Assembly: GCA_034530875.2 (NCBI GenBank) | Contig: JAVRCJ020000013.1 | Span: 64,001-128,000 of the forward strand | Length of the DNA stretch: 64,000 bases | Source: Nostoc sp. DedSLP01 | Lineage (GTDB): Bacteria; Cyanobacteriota; Cyanobacteriia; Cyanobacteriales; Nostocaceae | Reading direction: 5' to 3' | In this document: positions 52,944 to 63,260 of the stretch, piece after piece | How the letters are laid out: every line of letters starts with the position of its first letter | Numbering within the stretch: the stretch's first letter is position 1 | Position numbers and translations under genes: made by a program | Notes under the pieces: generated by a model | What the model saw: the letters and a program-made list of their open reading frames with translations, nothing else | What the model was told of the DNA's origin: nothing | The model's database searches: none

Positions 52944-53675
52944 CTAATTAGAGCCTACTCGATACCAATATTCATAAATTGGTTCATAGCCAAGTTTTTC
53001 ATACAAGTTACGAGCTGGAATATTCGCCTGCACTACCTGTATGTAAGAAAAGTAAGCTCCTTTATTAATACCCCATTGAAGCAAACCTTGAATAATTGCT
53101 GTTGCATAGCTGCGTCGCCTTTGTGTCGGACTCGTAACAATGTCAAAAATACCTAAGTAACCGCTTTCTAAAACGCCTATTCCACAAGCAACAATTTCAT
53201 CATTTTGTTTGCATGAAGCAAATAGAATTTCTGACTTGATTGCTGACAATATCATTTTATGAATAGTTGGTGGCTGTTCTCCCGAAGATTTTAAGTTATG
53301 ATAAGCAACCAACCAATTATCTAAATTTTCCTGATTAATAGCAGGTAGAATATTTAGCGATCGCTCTGATAATCTCGTACCCATTACTAGCGATCGCTCA
53401 ATTATTTCATATCCCCTTGCGGCTAGTTTTTCATCTAACACCTCTGGGTTAGTAAATGAAAGCAAACGGAAAATAGGATTTTGTTTGCGCGCTCGATATT
53501 GAGATTCGCAGTAAGTAATCTTTTCTTCAATGTTTAAACCAATTTCATCCAAAACTGTTACTGAATTTGCGCGTTTCGTGTAGCCATCAGCAAAACGCAT
53601 CACCCAACTATGATGATTGATAGTTTCAAAAGCTGGCCATGCTTTCAATGATATTTCTTCAATTGTTCTATGCAT
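52944..53675 (-). CDS. GNAT-family acetyltransferase
   Basis: GYTKRANS, RRRSYA, N.PARNLYEKLGY. Confidence 0.88.
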   Translation of the reverse strand: MHRTIEEISLKAWPAFETINHHSWVMRFADGYTKRANSVTVLDEIGLNIEEKITYCESQYRARKQNPIFRLLSFTNPEVLDEKLAARGYEIIERSLVMGTRLSERSLNILPAINQENLDNWLVAYHNLKSSGEQPPTIHKMILSAIKSEILFASCKQNDEIVACGIGVLESGYLGIFDIVTSPTQRRRSYATAIIQGLLQWGINKGAYFSYIQVVQANIPARNLYEKLGYEPIYEYWYRVGSN

Positions 53676-53879
53676 TTAAAGCTAGCAACAAATGTTTACC
53701 TATTTATTCAAACATTTCTAAAGCTTAAGTAACGCGGCTCTTTCTCTTAAAATTGAAGAAAAACATTAAAATCTACGTAATATTTTTAGTTGATAACGGA
53801 CATTATATTATAATCTGGATATACAGCTAACTCTTTGAAAAGTAAGTATAATACTATTATATTGAATCGTAATAACGCT

Positions 53880-54116
53880 ATGAATCAAGTAGTAATTAAA
53901 CCCTCATGTTTACTAATGACTGGTATTCGAGTCGAAAAAGTGAATAATCTCAATCTTTTCAAATTTACTGAAGAACTAGGTTCGCGTTTACAAGAACTTC
54001 TGGATAAGAAAAAAGCTGATTCATTGACATCAGAAGAAACCATTGAACTAGAGGCTATTGGAGAATTAGATACAATTTTTAGCTACATAAATGCTACTAT
54101 TGCATCTGGGTCGTGA
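53880..54116 (+). CDS. Small helical protein, putative antitoxin of the HNH nuclease
   Basis: RLQELLDKK...LT.EE..E; GTGA overlap with the HNH gene. Confidence 0.7.
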   Translation: MNQVVIKPSCLLMTGIRVEKVNNLNLFKFTEELGSRLQELLDKKKADSLTSEETIELEAIGELDTIFSYINATIASGS

Positions 54117-54583
54117 CAATTCCTAACAGTATCCAATAATTTGTACGAAATCGTGCTAATTTTAGGTGCGAATACTGCCATTATCCAGAATTTCTCAGCA
54201 CATCTCCCCTGACAATCGACCATATCAAGCCGCAATCTTTGGGGGGTTCGGATGATGTGGATAATTTGGCTTCAGCTTGTCGTCGGTGCAATGAACGTCA
54301 CTATAATTTTACAGTAGGAATCGACCCAGAAACAGAACGAGAAGTCTTCTTATTTAATCCTCGTCAGCAGCAGTGGGCTGAACACTTTATCTGGTCGGCG
54401 GATGGTACAAAAATTATCGGTATCACACCTACAGGTCGAGCTACTTGCAACCGAATTGATTTAAATGATGAACGCCGGAGCGATCGCTTCATACAAAAAT
54501 CTCGGCAACTTTGGGTAAAAGGTGGTTTTCACCCTCCCAGTTCTGACCCGCGCCAAGAAGTTGAGAATCGAGAATTAGAGTAA
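54113..54583 (+). pseudogene. HNH endonuclease with a nonsense codon at position 9
   Basis: GTG start, TAA at 54137-54139, then in-frame RCEYC, IDHI.P, ACRRCN, FNPR, TGRAT. Confidence 0.85.
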
Positions 54584-54610
54584 GAACCAAAAAATATAAA
54601 ATATTATCTC

Positions 54611-55093
<483 letters not shown>

Positions 55094-55166
55094 GGCATGG
55101 GGCATTGGTTATTTTAATTATTCTCCCCGTCCCCCCGTCCCGGCGTCTCCGTGTCTCCCCATCTCC

Positions 55167-55544
55167 TCAGCCCGCCATATCACGGTACACAGAGAGTTCA
55201 TCTACCCTCATTTCAAAAGGTACGCCTTGACCTTCTGGAGGACAGACGCGGATTTTGGCGCTGCTGATAATTTGGTGAAGTAATGTTCCCATTGGTACGA
55301 TTTGTTGTAAGATGCGCCAGTTGGTAACTTGGTCGGGACATTCAATTACTAATGTCATGGCGCTAGCGTGGGTTGTTACGTACCACCGACAATTAGATAA
55401 CAGATTTTGGATTGTGCGATCGCAACCATCGTAAAAATATCTACTAATAGAATACTCTAGTTGTTGCCGCAATATAATATCTGCCGATGTCGGTTGTACT
55501 GGATGCGAATCGTCACCATTTAAGAAATACATTTTTCTAGCCAT
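55167..55544 (-). CDS. Hypothetical protein, paralog of 27705-28079
   Basis: Shared CDR..LLSNC.WY, CPD, AKIRV.PP, PFE motifs. Confidence 0.8.
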   Translation of the reverse strand: MARKMYFLNGDDSHPVQPTSADIILRQQLEYSISRYFYDGCDRTIQNLLSNCRWYVTTHASAMTLVIECPDQVTNWRILQQIVPMGTLLHQIISSAKIRVCPPEGQGVPFEMRVDELSVYRDMAG

Positions 55545-55562
55545 CTCTTTTTCCTTCCTTCC

Positions 55563-56849
55563 TTATATTCCAATCGCCATAGCGTAAAGTACATCTTTAT
55601 TTGTCTCTAATAATTCTTGGGTTTCATCATCGTAGAAAGCACCGATTCCGCTACATCCAATTCCCAAGTAATTACTAGCTAAATAAAGCCTCTGTCCTAG
55701 AAAACCAGCTATTTGCATAGCGGTTTGGTAGTTTAAATAATCAGACACAAAAAATAAAGTTACGGCGCTATCTTTAGCAATAGCTTGATTAATACATAAG
55801 TAACCCGTCTGTTCGCTGAAATCACCCGTCTTAATCAGATGCGTACCTTTATATAATCCGCATGACATTTCCTCTACTCGATGTACTACCGAGTAAATAT
55901 CTATTTCCTCATGATTTTCTGTTGGTATTGGCTGCTGAAGTTGCTGCATTATATATAGATAATCTTCTTGAGAAATAGATTTTTTCCGGAAACGTCGAAT
56001 AGAACGTCTATTCAAAACAGTTTGAAGAAATTTATCTTTGTCAAAACTAAAGTAAGGCTGTTTGAGTGTTTGCTGACTACTCTTTTGTACAGCCGTGGCT
56101 TGATAAGTATCTTCAATGAATTGATTAGCTTCAAAGTAATCAGTACCGCAAACAAAAGGAACTTTCATCCTTAAGGGTCTGACTTGCTTTTCTTGTAATT
56201 CTCCCGACACCGCACAAGCTGTGATAAACTCTTTATTCTCAAATCCCAAAGCTAAATTGAGAGCAAGTTTATCGAAATCAAAAATTACTTGTATATCTTT
56301 TTCATGGAGATAAGCCGAAGCTGCAACAGCACCTAAATGGTGTCCGCTATCTAAAAAGCAATATCTCGCGCTTCTCTTTTGATATTTCCAGCTAGACCTA
56401 TAATAAACACAACTAATTAAAAATATGAATCCGTTAATACTTTTATTCGGTATAATATAATTCTCTAGCCCATCATCTATTAATTCATAGATAAGTGTTA
56501 GACAATTATTCTCAACTTCTAAGTGATAAATTCCATCTAGTATTCCCTGAATTTTGCGAACCTGTACGTAAACTTCCGTAGGATACAGAGCGCCTGCTGA
56601 TGGATTCACCCGCAATTGATCGAGACTATCTTTATACATTTTTTCTAGTGTTATTGCACTAGTTAAAGATATAAAAGAGTGAACTGGATTATTGACATTT
56701 AATTTCACTCTTCGATAAAATTTTGGATAGAATTTAAATGCAGATGGTTGAGTTGAAGCATCCACATAATTTGGATCTATCTGTACCGATAAGTAAGAAT
56801 GCTTGGTAGCTCCATGATAGGCATTAGCTGATGTTTTGCTTTGTGGCAT
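55563..56849 (-). CDS. SagB/nitroreductase-family FMN oxidoreductase
   Basis: PSAGALYP, WKY..R, RRSIRRF, GIGAFYDD motifs. Confidence 0.88.
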   Translation of the reverse strand: MPQSKTSANAYHGATKHSYLSVQIDPNYVDASTQPSAFKFYPKFYRRVKLNVNNPVHSFISLTSAITLEKMYKDSLDQLRVNPSAGALYPTEVYVQVRKIQGILDGIYHLEVENNCLTLIYELIDDGLENYIIPNKSINGFIFLISCVYYRSSWKYQKRSARYCFLDSGHHLGAVAASAYLHEKDIQVIFDFDKLALNLALGFENKEFITACAVSGELQEKQVRPLRMKVPFVCGTDYFEANQFIEDTYQATAVQKSSQQTLKQPYFSFDKDKFLQTVLNRRSIRRFRKKSISQEDYLYIMQQLQQPIPTENHEEIDIYSVVHRVEEMSCGLYKGTHLIKTGDFSEQTGYLCINQAIAKDSAVTLFFVSDYLNYQTAMQIAGFLGQRLYLASNYLGIGCSGIGAFYDDETQELLETNKDVLYAMAIGI

Positions 56850-57309
56850 TTTTGAGTATCCTTAATACTTCTACATTGCTAGCAAAATCAATTGCTTTAT
56901 AGTCGTCTAAGCTTTGTAAATTTAAGTTAGGATGGTATTGTAAGAGCAACTTAACTACTTCTGTCTTTCCGGCTGATGCTGCATACATTAGAACAGTTGC
57001 ACCGTTATCATTTTGGTTGTCAATGTTAATGTTATTTGCCAGCAGCAAATGAATTAAATCGTAGTGGTTTTCAAAACAAGCAAACCATAAAGTATTATTG
57101 CGTAGGCGTAGCCCGCCGGAGGCATCGCTATTTTTAGCATTGACATCCGCACCCGCATTAATCAGTTCTTTAACGACAGCATACACTCCTTCCCTTGTCG
57201 CCTTCATCAAAGCTGTATCGCCATTTTCACCTGGTTGATTTAACTCCTGAGGATTATAGCCTTTTGCTATTAACCATTGGGTTGTTGCTTCACTCAAACC
57301 TTGACTCAT
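56824..57309 (-). CDS. Ankyrin-repeat protein with an in-frame 7-aa repeat-derived insert
   Basis: GDTALMKA and GATVLMYAA ankyrin units. Confidence 0.9.
   Translation of the reverse strand: MSQGLSEATTQWLIAKGYNPQELNQPGENGDTALMKATREGVYAVVKELINAGADVNAKNSDASGGLRLRNNTLWFACFENHYDLIHLLLANNINIDNQNDNGATVLMYAASAGKTEVVKLLLQYHPNLNLQSLDDYKAIDFASNVEVLRILKNATKQNIS
57100..57128. repeat. SDR5-like repeat in HIP1 (21-nt insert)
   Basis: GCG|TAGGCGTAGCCCGCCGGAGGC|ATCGC. Confidence 0.85.
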
Positions 57310-57550
57310 AATTACTCTTCAAATCCCACAACTTTCATTAATTAACAAGCAAAAATTTGCTTGCAAAACGTAATGGTGGGCATTGCCCACCATCATTTCA
57401 CAAGCTATCTGATAGCCTAAACTTGAGCTTTATGATTAGTAAATCAATGCTCTAATTTGTGCTAATTGCCTAAGACAGCAGATTTCCACAAAAGTGAAAT
57501 AACTTCTGAATACTGAATACTGAATACTGAATTCTGACTCCTGAATTCTG

Positions 57551-58147
57551 CTAAGCAATAGCCACTAACTCTTCACAATCAGAGAATAACTCTCTTGCTG
57601 ATTTTTCGGGTTTTGGTGCGCCATAGAAACCAGCTTCCGCTTCGAGTTCATCTACAAAATCCCAAGCTTCGGTCGCTCGTTTAGAAAATGAACCGTAATT
57701 AGCAGAAATTGAGCGAGCATTGGAAATAGCTTTTTGGAGTTCTTTCCGTAATAATGTTAGTTTTGGTTTCTCTACAAAGTCACCTTTAGTGATAATATCA
57801 GTTACAGAAATAATCCCAAGTAATTCACCTTGAATCACAAGCGTATGCCACACACCAGTATTAGCAAATAACCGCGCAACATATTCAACATCGAGGTCAG
57901 GATTTACAACAATGCAGGGTTTACTCATTATTTCGTAGACATGCACCTTTTCGGGGTCTTTTCTATAAGCAACAACCTTGCTGGCAATATCCATCTCAGT
58001 AACCATACCGTAAGCATCGCCACTGTGATGGGGTTCTACAACCAACGCCCGTAATTGCTTGAGCCTTAATAATCTTACTGCTTCAGCTACACTGGCGGAA
58101 CCGCGAATAGTAGCTGCATCTTGAGTCACGATCTGTTTGGCTCTCAT
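57551..58147 (-). CDS. CBS-pair protein with degenerate CP12 domain
   Basis: Two CBS repeats; AWDFVDEL CP12 core. Confidence 0.8.
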   Translation of the reverse strand: MRAKQIVTQDAATIRGSASVAEAVRLLRLKQLRALVVEPHHSGDAYGMVTEMDIASKVVAYRKDPEKVHVYEIMSKPCIVVNPDLDVEYVARLFANTGVWHTLVIQGELLGIISVTDIITKGDFVEKPKLTLLRKELQKAISNARSISANYGSFSKRATEAWDFVDELEAEAGFYGAPKPEKSARELFSDCEELVAIA

Positions 58148-58970
58148 AATTGCTGTTCCTTAAATTCGTTGTTGCAAGTAAGCGAATTTGTTCTAAACTG
58201 CTGCAATTCTTCCCAAACTGCATTGCTTAGTCTGCGCGGAACGCAAAGATGCTTAACTCAAATTCAAGTTGAATTCTGAGGAATTATATTTGCCGCCGTC
58301 AAAAGCGGTTACGGAAATTAGACATACCTATTAATAGCAGTTTTAAATGAGAAAGTGAAATTTTACATACAGGCTGTTGACTGTTAACAACCAACAATGA
58401 TATTTTTCACAACTCAAATTTTACACCTTAATAAATCTGGCTAGTTTCTGGGTACTGACTTACGCTTTTTCCGTTGTTTTCGTGTTGAGTAAATCTTACT
58501 TCCTACCATTCTTAGCCTTTACCAGAATTAAGGCAGGGATGTGCGAAATCACCCTGTAATCGCCTTTATTGAAGTCTAGGTTGACTAGCAACAATTTAGC
58601 TTATCTATATATTATCACTATGATAAGTTTGAATTATGAATCATTTATAAAGATCCCCAGACATATTGAAGTAAAAAGCTTAAAAAATTGTGATACTACA
58701 GTAAGTTTGAGTATTTTTAATAGTCTTATTTTAGAAATTAGCCTATTAGCAGATATATGTTGATATAACTATATATTGTCAGCAATTACTATCTAGCAAT
58801 TAACCACCTTAATTTCAATAAAAAAAGATAAAAGTCAATATTCTACAGAGATATGTCAATAGACTTTGGTGTATTTTTCTTATACCTTATTAAAAAACCT
58901 CAAAGAATTTGATTTTTTAAACATCATTTGCTACATTATTTGAGTATCCATAATAAAAAACAGAAGAAAA

Positions 58971-59180
58971 ATGGAAATTAGTGCTCGTAATTCTCTCAAA
59001 GGCACCGTTAAAAAGGTTGTGCCTGGTTCGGTTAACACCGAAATAACTATAGAACTAGCACCAGGAGTAGAGCTAGTGTCAATCATCACAAAATCATCAG
59101 CAGAAAAGCTGGGACTTGCAGAAGGTAAAGAAGCTTATGCAGTGATTAAATCATCAGATGTATTAGTTGCTGTTGAGTAA
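58971..59180 (+). CDS. mop: Mop/TOBE molybdate-binding protein
   Basis: SARN, SIIT..S, IKSS motifs; 69 aa. Confidence 0.92.
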   Translation: MEISARNSLKGTVKKVVPGSVNTEITIELAPGVELVSIITKSSAEKLGLAEGKEAYAVIKSSDVLVAVE

Positions 59181-59233
59181 AAAATAGGCAATTGGCTTCT
59201 AATATAAAATTGCATTCATAATCTATAAATTAG

Positions 59234-59273
59234 TGACCTCACTCCTAAAATTAGTTAACAAAGGAGTGAGGTC
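59234..59273. terminator. Hairpin between convergent mop and feoA
   Basis: GACCTCACTCCT...AGGAGTGAGGTC. Confidence 0.55.
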
Positions 59274-59418
59274 GAAAATTTATTAGAACTTATTTTTAGA
59301 TGTAGGGTGTGTTGTCGCGAAGCGCAACGCACCTTAAATTGTTGGTTTTGGCGGTGGCGGTGCGTTAGCCTGCGGCATAACGCACCCTACAATTTTCCGT
59401 ATTTTTATTACAAATAAT

Positions 59419-59670
59419 TTAATGATGAATTATCCTAACATAAATAGCACGGGCAGTTTGCGTATCTACTGATAGAGAAGTATTTTCTACTTTAATAATT
59501 AACGAGGGAAACCTTTGTTTTACAGTAATATATTTTCCTGGTGTTATGCCCTTTGATAGCAACTGATTGAGCATTTTTTGATCCTCAATTTTGCAGAAAG
59601 TGATAATTCCTTGTTCGCCTACTCTCAACAATTCTAATGAACAACCAGTTACGCTAAAAGGTGTAAACAC
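59419..59670 (-). CDS. feoA: FeoA-family protein
   Basis: GITPG SH3-like motif; downstream of fdxH. Confidence 0.75.
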   Translation of the reverse strand: MFTPFSVTGCSLELLRVGEQGIITFCKIEDQKMLNQLLSKGITPGKYITVKQRFPSLIIKVENTSLSVDTQTARAIYVRIIHH

Positions 59671-59770
59671 AAATAAATACTGAGTAATAAATTATGAAAA
59701 ATGAAGGATGAAAATATGCTTCATCCTTCATTTTTATTTAATTACTAAGAACAGCAACCAAAGTAGAGAT

Positions 59771-60070
59771 TTAGACCAAATACGCTTCTTGATGTGTTTT
59801 AATTGTGCAATTAGAACGAGGATAAGTTACACAAAGTAAAGCGTATCCTTTGGAAACTTGGTCGTCATCTAGGAAGTTTTGATCTTCTTGATTAATTTCA
59901 CCTTCAACAACCTTGCCAACACAACTAGAGCAAGAACCGGCATGACAAGAAGCTGGCAAATCAATATCATTTTCGTGTGCTGCTTCTAAGATAGTAGTCT
60001 CTTCATCAACTTCAATTGTGGTGTCGAGATCTTCTTTTTTGTTGATTAATCTAACTTGGTAGGTAGCCAT
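59771..60070 (-). CDS. fdxH: Heterocyst [2Fe-2S] ferredoxin
   Basis: [10 protein letters not shown] with the FdxH-typical His; follows hesB. Confidence 0.95.
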   Translation of the reverse strand: MATYQVRLINKKEDLDTTIEVDEETTILEAAHENDIDLPASCHAGSCSSCVGKVVEGEINQEDQNFLDDDQVSKGYALLCVTYPRSNCTIKTHQEAYLV

Positions 60071-60180
60071 TTTCCGATTCTCCTCAAACGTTATAGAATT
60101 AGGATTAATTTGCGAAAATTTTGAGTCAAGTTATCGCTGTGCAATGCGATCGCCCAACGCAAGCAACACAAGCAATGGTG

Positions 60181-60552
60181 TTAGCTGCAAGGTACACCGT
60201 TAGGCGTACAGTCACCCGTTTTGAAAGACTTTCCGCAGCCGCAGTTCTCAGTTGCATTGGGGTTGATGAACTTAAAGCCGCTTTCCATCACACCCTCAAC
60301 GAAGTCAACAATAAGTCCTTCTAATAACGGCGCACTTTTGGCGTCAACGTAAACCAGCACTTTCCCTTGCTGAATTACCAAATCGTCTGGTTGGGGTTTG
60401 CTAGTGATATCCATTGCATATTCGTAGCCACTGCAACCACCATCTTTGACAGAGAAACGGACACCTTTAGTTGCGCCATTAGCGTCGGGTGCGGAACCTC
60501 TAAGAAATGCCCACAGATGAAATTCTGCTTTTTCTGATAAAGTTACAGACAT
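60181..60552 (-). CDS. hesB: HesB/IscA Fe-S assembly protein
   Basis: GGCSG and CGCGKSF motifs. Confidence 0.95.
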   Translation of the reverse strand: MSVTLSEKAEFHLWAFLRGSAPDANGATKGVRFSVKDGGCSGYEYAMDITSKPQPDDLVIQQGKVLVYVDAKSAPLLEGLIVDFVEGVMESGFKFINPNATENCGCGKSFKTGDCTPNGVPCS

Positions 60553-60656
60553 TAGATCTCCTGATTTATTGTTCGTCCTCTGGGAATTTTGGATTTTAGA
60601 TTTTAGATTTTGGATTTCTCTTTCAATCCAAAATCCAAAATTCAAAATCTAAAATA

Positions 60657-61457
60657 TTAGCCATTCTGTGCAATACCGCTAGCTTCCATATTGGGTTGAG
60701 CGTATCTCCAGGGCGCACTATTACCGCATACTGGACAAGAGCGATCGCGGTAAGAACGGCGCTTGGCAAATTCCAGCCGGTTCAAGTCCATAGTCAGCAA
60801 TTGCGACAATAAAGGCTGACTAAAACCAGTGATTAACTTAATCGCCTCCAGCGCGGTTAAACAAGCCAGCGTCCCAGAAACAGCGCCTAGAACTGAAAAG
60901 CCGCGTCGATCCCAATCAGGCTTTTCCGGAAACAGACAGGACAAACAAGGAGTCACACCAGGAATAATCGTTGTCAGGTAAGCTTCCATCCCGTCCATTG
61001 CAGCTTCGACCATTGGCTTACGCCAGCGCACGCAAGCTTCATTTAACAAATTGCGCTCCGTAAAATTATGGGCACAATCAAGAGCCATATCAGCGGATTG
61101 CACCAACTCATCCACATTTTCCGGGGTGATATAATCATGAACTGCTTCCACCTGGACATCAGGATTGATTGCATCCAGAGTTTCCTTAGCTTTGAATACC
61201 CTTGGCTTACCTACCCAATCGTCCGTCATCAAAACCTGACGATTCATATCATCCAGCCGCAAGTCACCACCCCGGACTAAGATTAGCCGCCCAACGCCCG
61301 CTACTGCTAAGTAAAGCGCCGCCGTACCGCCTAATCCCCCCACACCCGTAACCAAAACTGTTGCTGACTTCAGGCGCTTCTGCGCGGCTTCACCAAAATT
61401 AGGCAGCATCATTTGGCGACGATAGCGTTCTAATTCGGTAGGCGTTAGGTTTACCAA
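60657..61457 (-). CDS. hesA: HesA (MoeB/ThiF family)
   Basis: RYRRQ, GVGGLG, two CxxC motifs. Confidence 0.95.
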   Translation of the reverse strand: MVNLTPTELERYRRQMMLPNFGEAAQKRLKSATVLVTGVGGLGGTAALYLAVAGVGRLILVRGGDLRLDDMNRQVLMTDDWVGKPRVFKAKETLDAINPDVQVEAVHDYITPENVDELVQSADMALDCAHNFTERNLLNEACVRWRKPMVEAAMDGMEAYLTTIIPGVTPCLSCLFPEKPDWDRRGFSVLGAVSGTLACLTALEAIKLITGFSQPLLSQLLTMDLNRLEFAKRRSYRDRSCPVCGNSAPWRYAQPNMEASGIAQNG

Positions 61458-61467
61458 TTTATACCTC

Positions 61468-61785
61468 CTAATCAGAAGTGAGTTCTGTCAGTGTGACTAC
61501 ATTTTTCGGCTTGTCGTTAAACACTTTGAACAACTTTTGTTCGTGTGGTGTTGACTCGATAAATACTTGATAAGCCTTTTGCAAAGCCAAAGAATATTGA
61601 TTTAGCCTTTCTTCAGGACTCAAATCGGGAGAATTATCATCAACTTCCCGAATATATTGGGAAAACTTTTTCAAAATATGTAGGCGATTTACATTCACAA
61701 ATTGTTGATCGTAGGGCAAATTAAAGAATTGCAAAAATTCTTCTGCATCTACGAGCTTCTTGAATTCTTCCAAAGTTCCAGTCAT
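61468..61785 (-). CDS. nifW: Nitrogenase-stabilising protein NifW
   Basis: AEEF..FF..YD, VNRLHILKKF. Confidence 0.96.
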   Translation of the reverse strand: MTGTLEEFKKLVDAEEFLQFFNLPYDQQFVNVNRLHILKKFSQYIREVDDNSPDLSPEERLNQYSLALQKAYQVFIESTPHEQKLFKVFNDKPKNVVTLTELTSD

Positions 61786-62000
61786 TTAGCCTTCTCCAAT
61801 TCTTTCAGCTGTTGCTTAAGTTCATCTAACTGATGAAAGATTTCATAAGTTGCAGCTGCAACATCCATAAGTTGTTTGTAATCTGTTGGCAAACCTTCCG
61901 CTAAATCATGCAGATCCATCTTCATCTGACCTGCTTTACTATTCAGCCGTCTAATTTGTCCCTTCAATTCCTCAATCCTTGTTTCTTCCGCTTGCACCAT
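61782..62000 (-). CDS. CCE_0567/DUF683-family nif protein
   Basis: KMDLHDLAEGLP motif. Confidence 0.9.
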   Translation of the reverse strand: MVQAEETRIEELKGQIRRLNSKAGQMKMDLHDLAEGLPTDYKQLMDVAAATYEIFHQLDELKQQLKELEKAK

Positions 62001-62172
62001 CAACAACCCCACAATCAATTTTGGATTTTAAATTTTAGATTTTGGATTGGATAAATTTGCGATCGCTCAACTCTTCTCTCTGCGTCTCTGCGTCTCTGCG
62101 TGAGCAACACATCCTTGGGTAAAGACGCGATGAATCGCGTCTCTACAAATCGTCATCCAAAATCTAAAATTT

Positions 62173-62649
62173 TTACAACTTGCCTACTTCCGGGAACCGC
62201 TTCGCCAAATTAATACCTTTTTGGACGTAGCTTTCTCCTTCTTCGGCTAATTTCTCCAGCGAATCAAAGCCAAATCTTTGAGCATCGCGTAAAGTTTTTA
62301 CAGCTAACAAAAGACGACCAGAAAATACCAACGCCCAGCCAAATCCCTCATGGCTCAAATCAATCACGACTTGAGAAATCAAACCTGTTTCTTGTTCAAT
62401 CCCCGCAGCTACAGCTCGAAAAAATGCCATAATCCGAGCTTGAGTTATTGGATCTACTTCACCTTCAACGGAAATTTCCCGTTTCTTTTGTTTGGTAACA
62501 ATAAAGGGTTTGAGAATTAACTCATCCGACCAACTACGATAAACTCCATAGCTGTCTTGACCCCGAATCTGTTTGATTAATACCTTAAGAAAGGGAGAAC
62601 TCAAGACTTCAGCGGCAGCAGTTCCGTTAACACTATTATTTATAGTCAT
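62173..62649 (-). CDS. NifX-associated protein (DUF269)
   Basis: HEGFG and LRDAQRFGF motifs. Confidence 0.92.
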   Translation of the reverse strand: MTINNSVNGTAAAEVLSSPFLKVLIKQIRGQDSYGVYRSWSDELILKPFIVTKQKKREISVEGEVDPITQARIMAFFRAVAAGIEQETGLISQVVIDLSHEGFGWALVFSGRLLLAVKTLRDAQRFGFDSLEKLAEEGESYVQKGINLAKRFPEVGKL

Positions 62650-63059
62650 ACTGTTGCTTCGTCTCCAACTTCATCTGTAAAATTGGCAGGTTTTTGTTGT
62701 AAAGCTTTCCGCAACCAAGGTGGAGGATTACCTTTTAAGGTTTGCACTAATTTATTTAGCACTTCGCTAATTTCTTCTTCTTCCGATCGCGCCTTCACCG
62801 GAGTAACACCTTTTTTGATTAACCTAGCCGCAGCACTACCGCCAATTGCTGTTACATAAACAATAGTACAATCACCTAACGCCTCAAGTTTGGGTGTGAT
62901 TTTATCTTCATTTCCATCTTCTTTGAGGTCGCCTTCAAAGTTGAGGGTTTCTACAAAATGATATCCCTCATCGGAAATTTCATAAACATCAATCAGTCTC
63001 GCCCATCCAAAATGAGCGTTAATATGAACTCGGTCACTCGTAGTGAAGGCAATTTTCAT
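62646..63059 (-). CDS. nifX: FeMo-co carrier NifX
   Basis: NAHFGWA, AIGGSAA, PPPWLRK motifs. Confidence 0.96.
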   Translation of the reverse strand: MKIAFTTSDRVHINAHFGWARLIDVYEISDEGYHFVETLNFEGDLKEDGNEDKITPKLEALGDCTIVYVTAIGGSAAARLIKKGVTPVKARSEEEEISEVLNKLVQTLKGNPPPWLRKALQQKPANFTDEVGDEATV

Positions 63060-63260
63060 CTTATTTCTCCTCTTTAAGTCCAGAATTCAGGAGTCAGAAT
63101 TCAGAATTCAGGAGTCAACTTTGGTGAATAATAAATGCTAAACTTTCACACAAAATATCCAGATTGAGTGGTATATCTTTTAAGTAAGAAGACTACGCCT
63201 GAATCCGTGCGATCGCATTCTGATTTATAACTCCTAACTCCTAACTCCTAACTCCTAACT

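Noticed and set aside
49400..54600. Integron cassette array
   Set aside because: No integron integrase, no recurring attC-like site, and the genes lie in mixed orientations.
58560..58800. ModE box upstream of mop
   Set aside because: TATAT-rich dyads exist but cannot be told apart from AT-rich background by eye.
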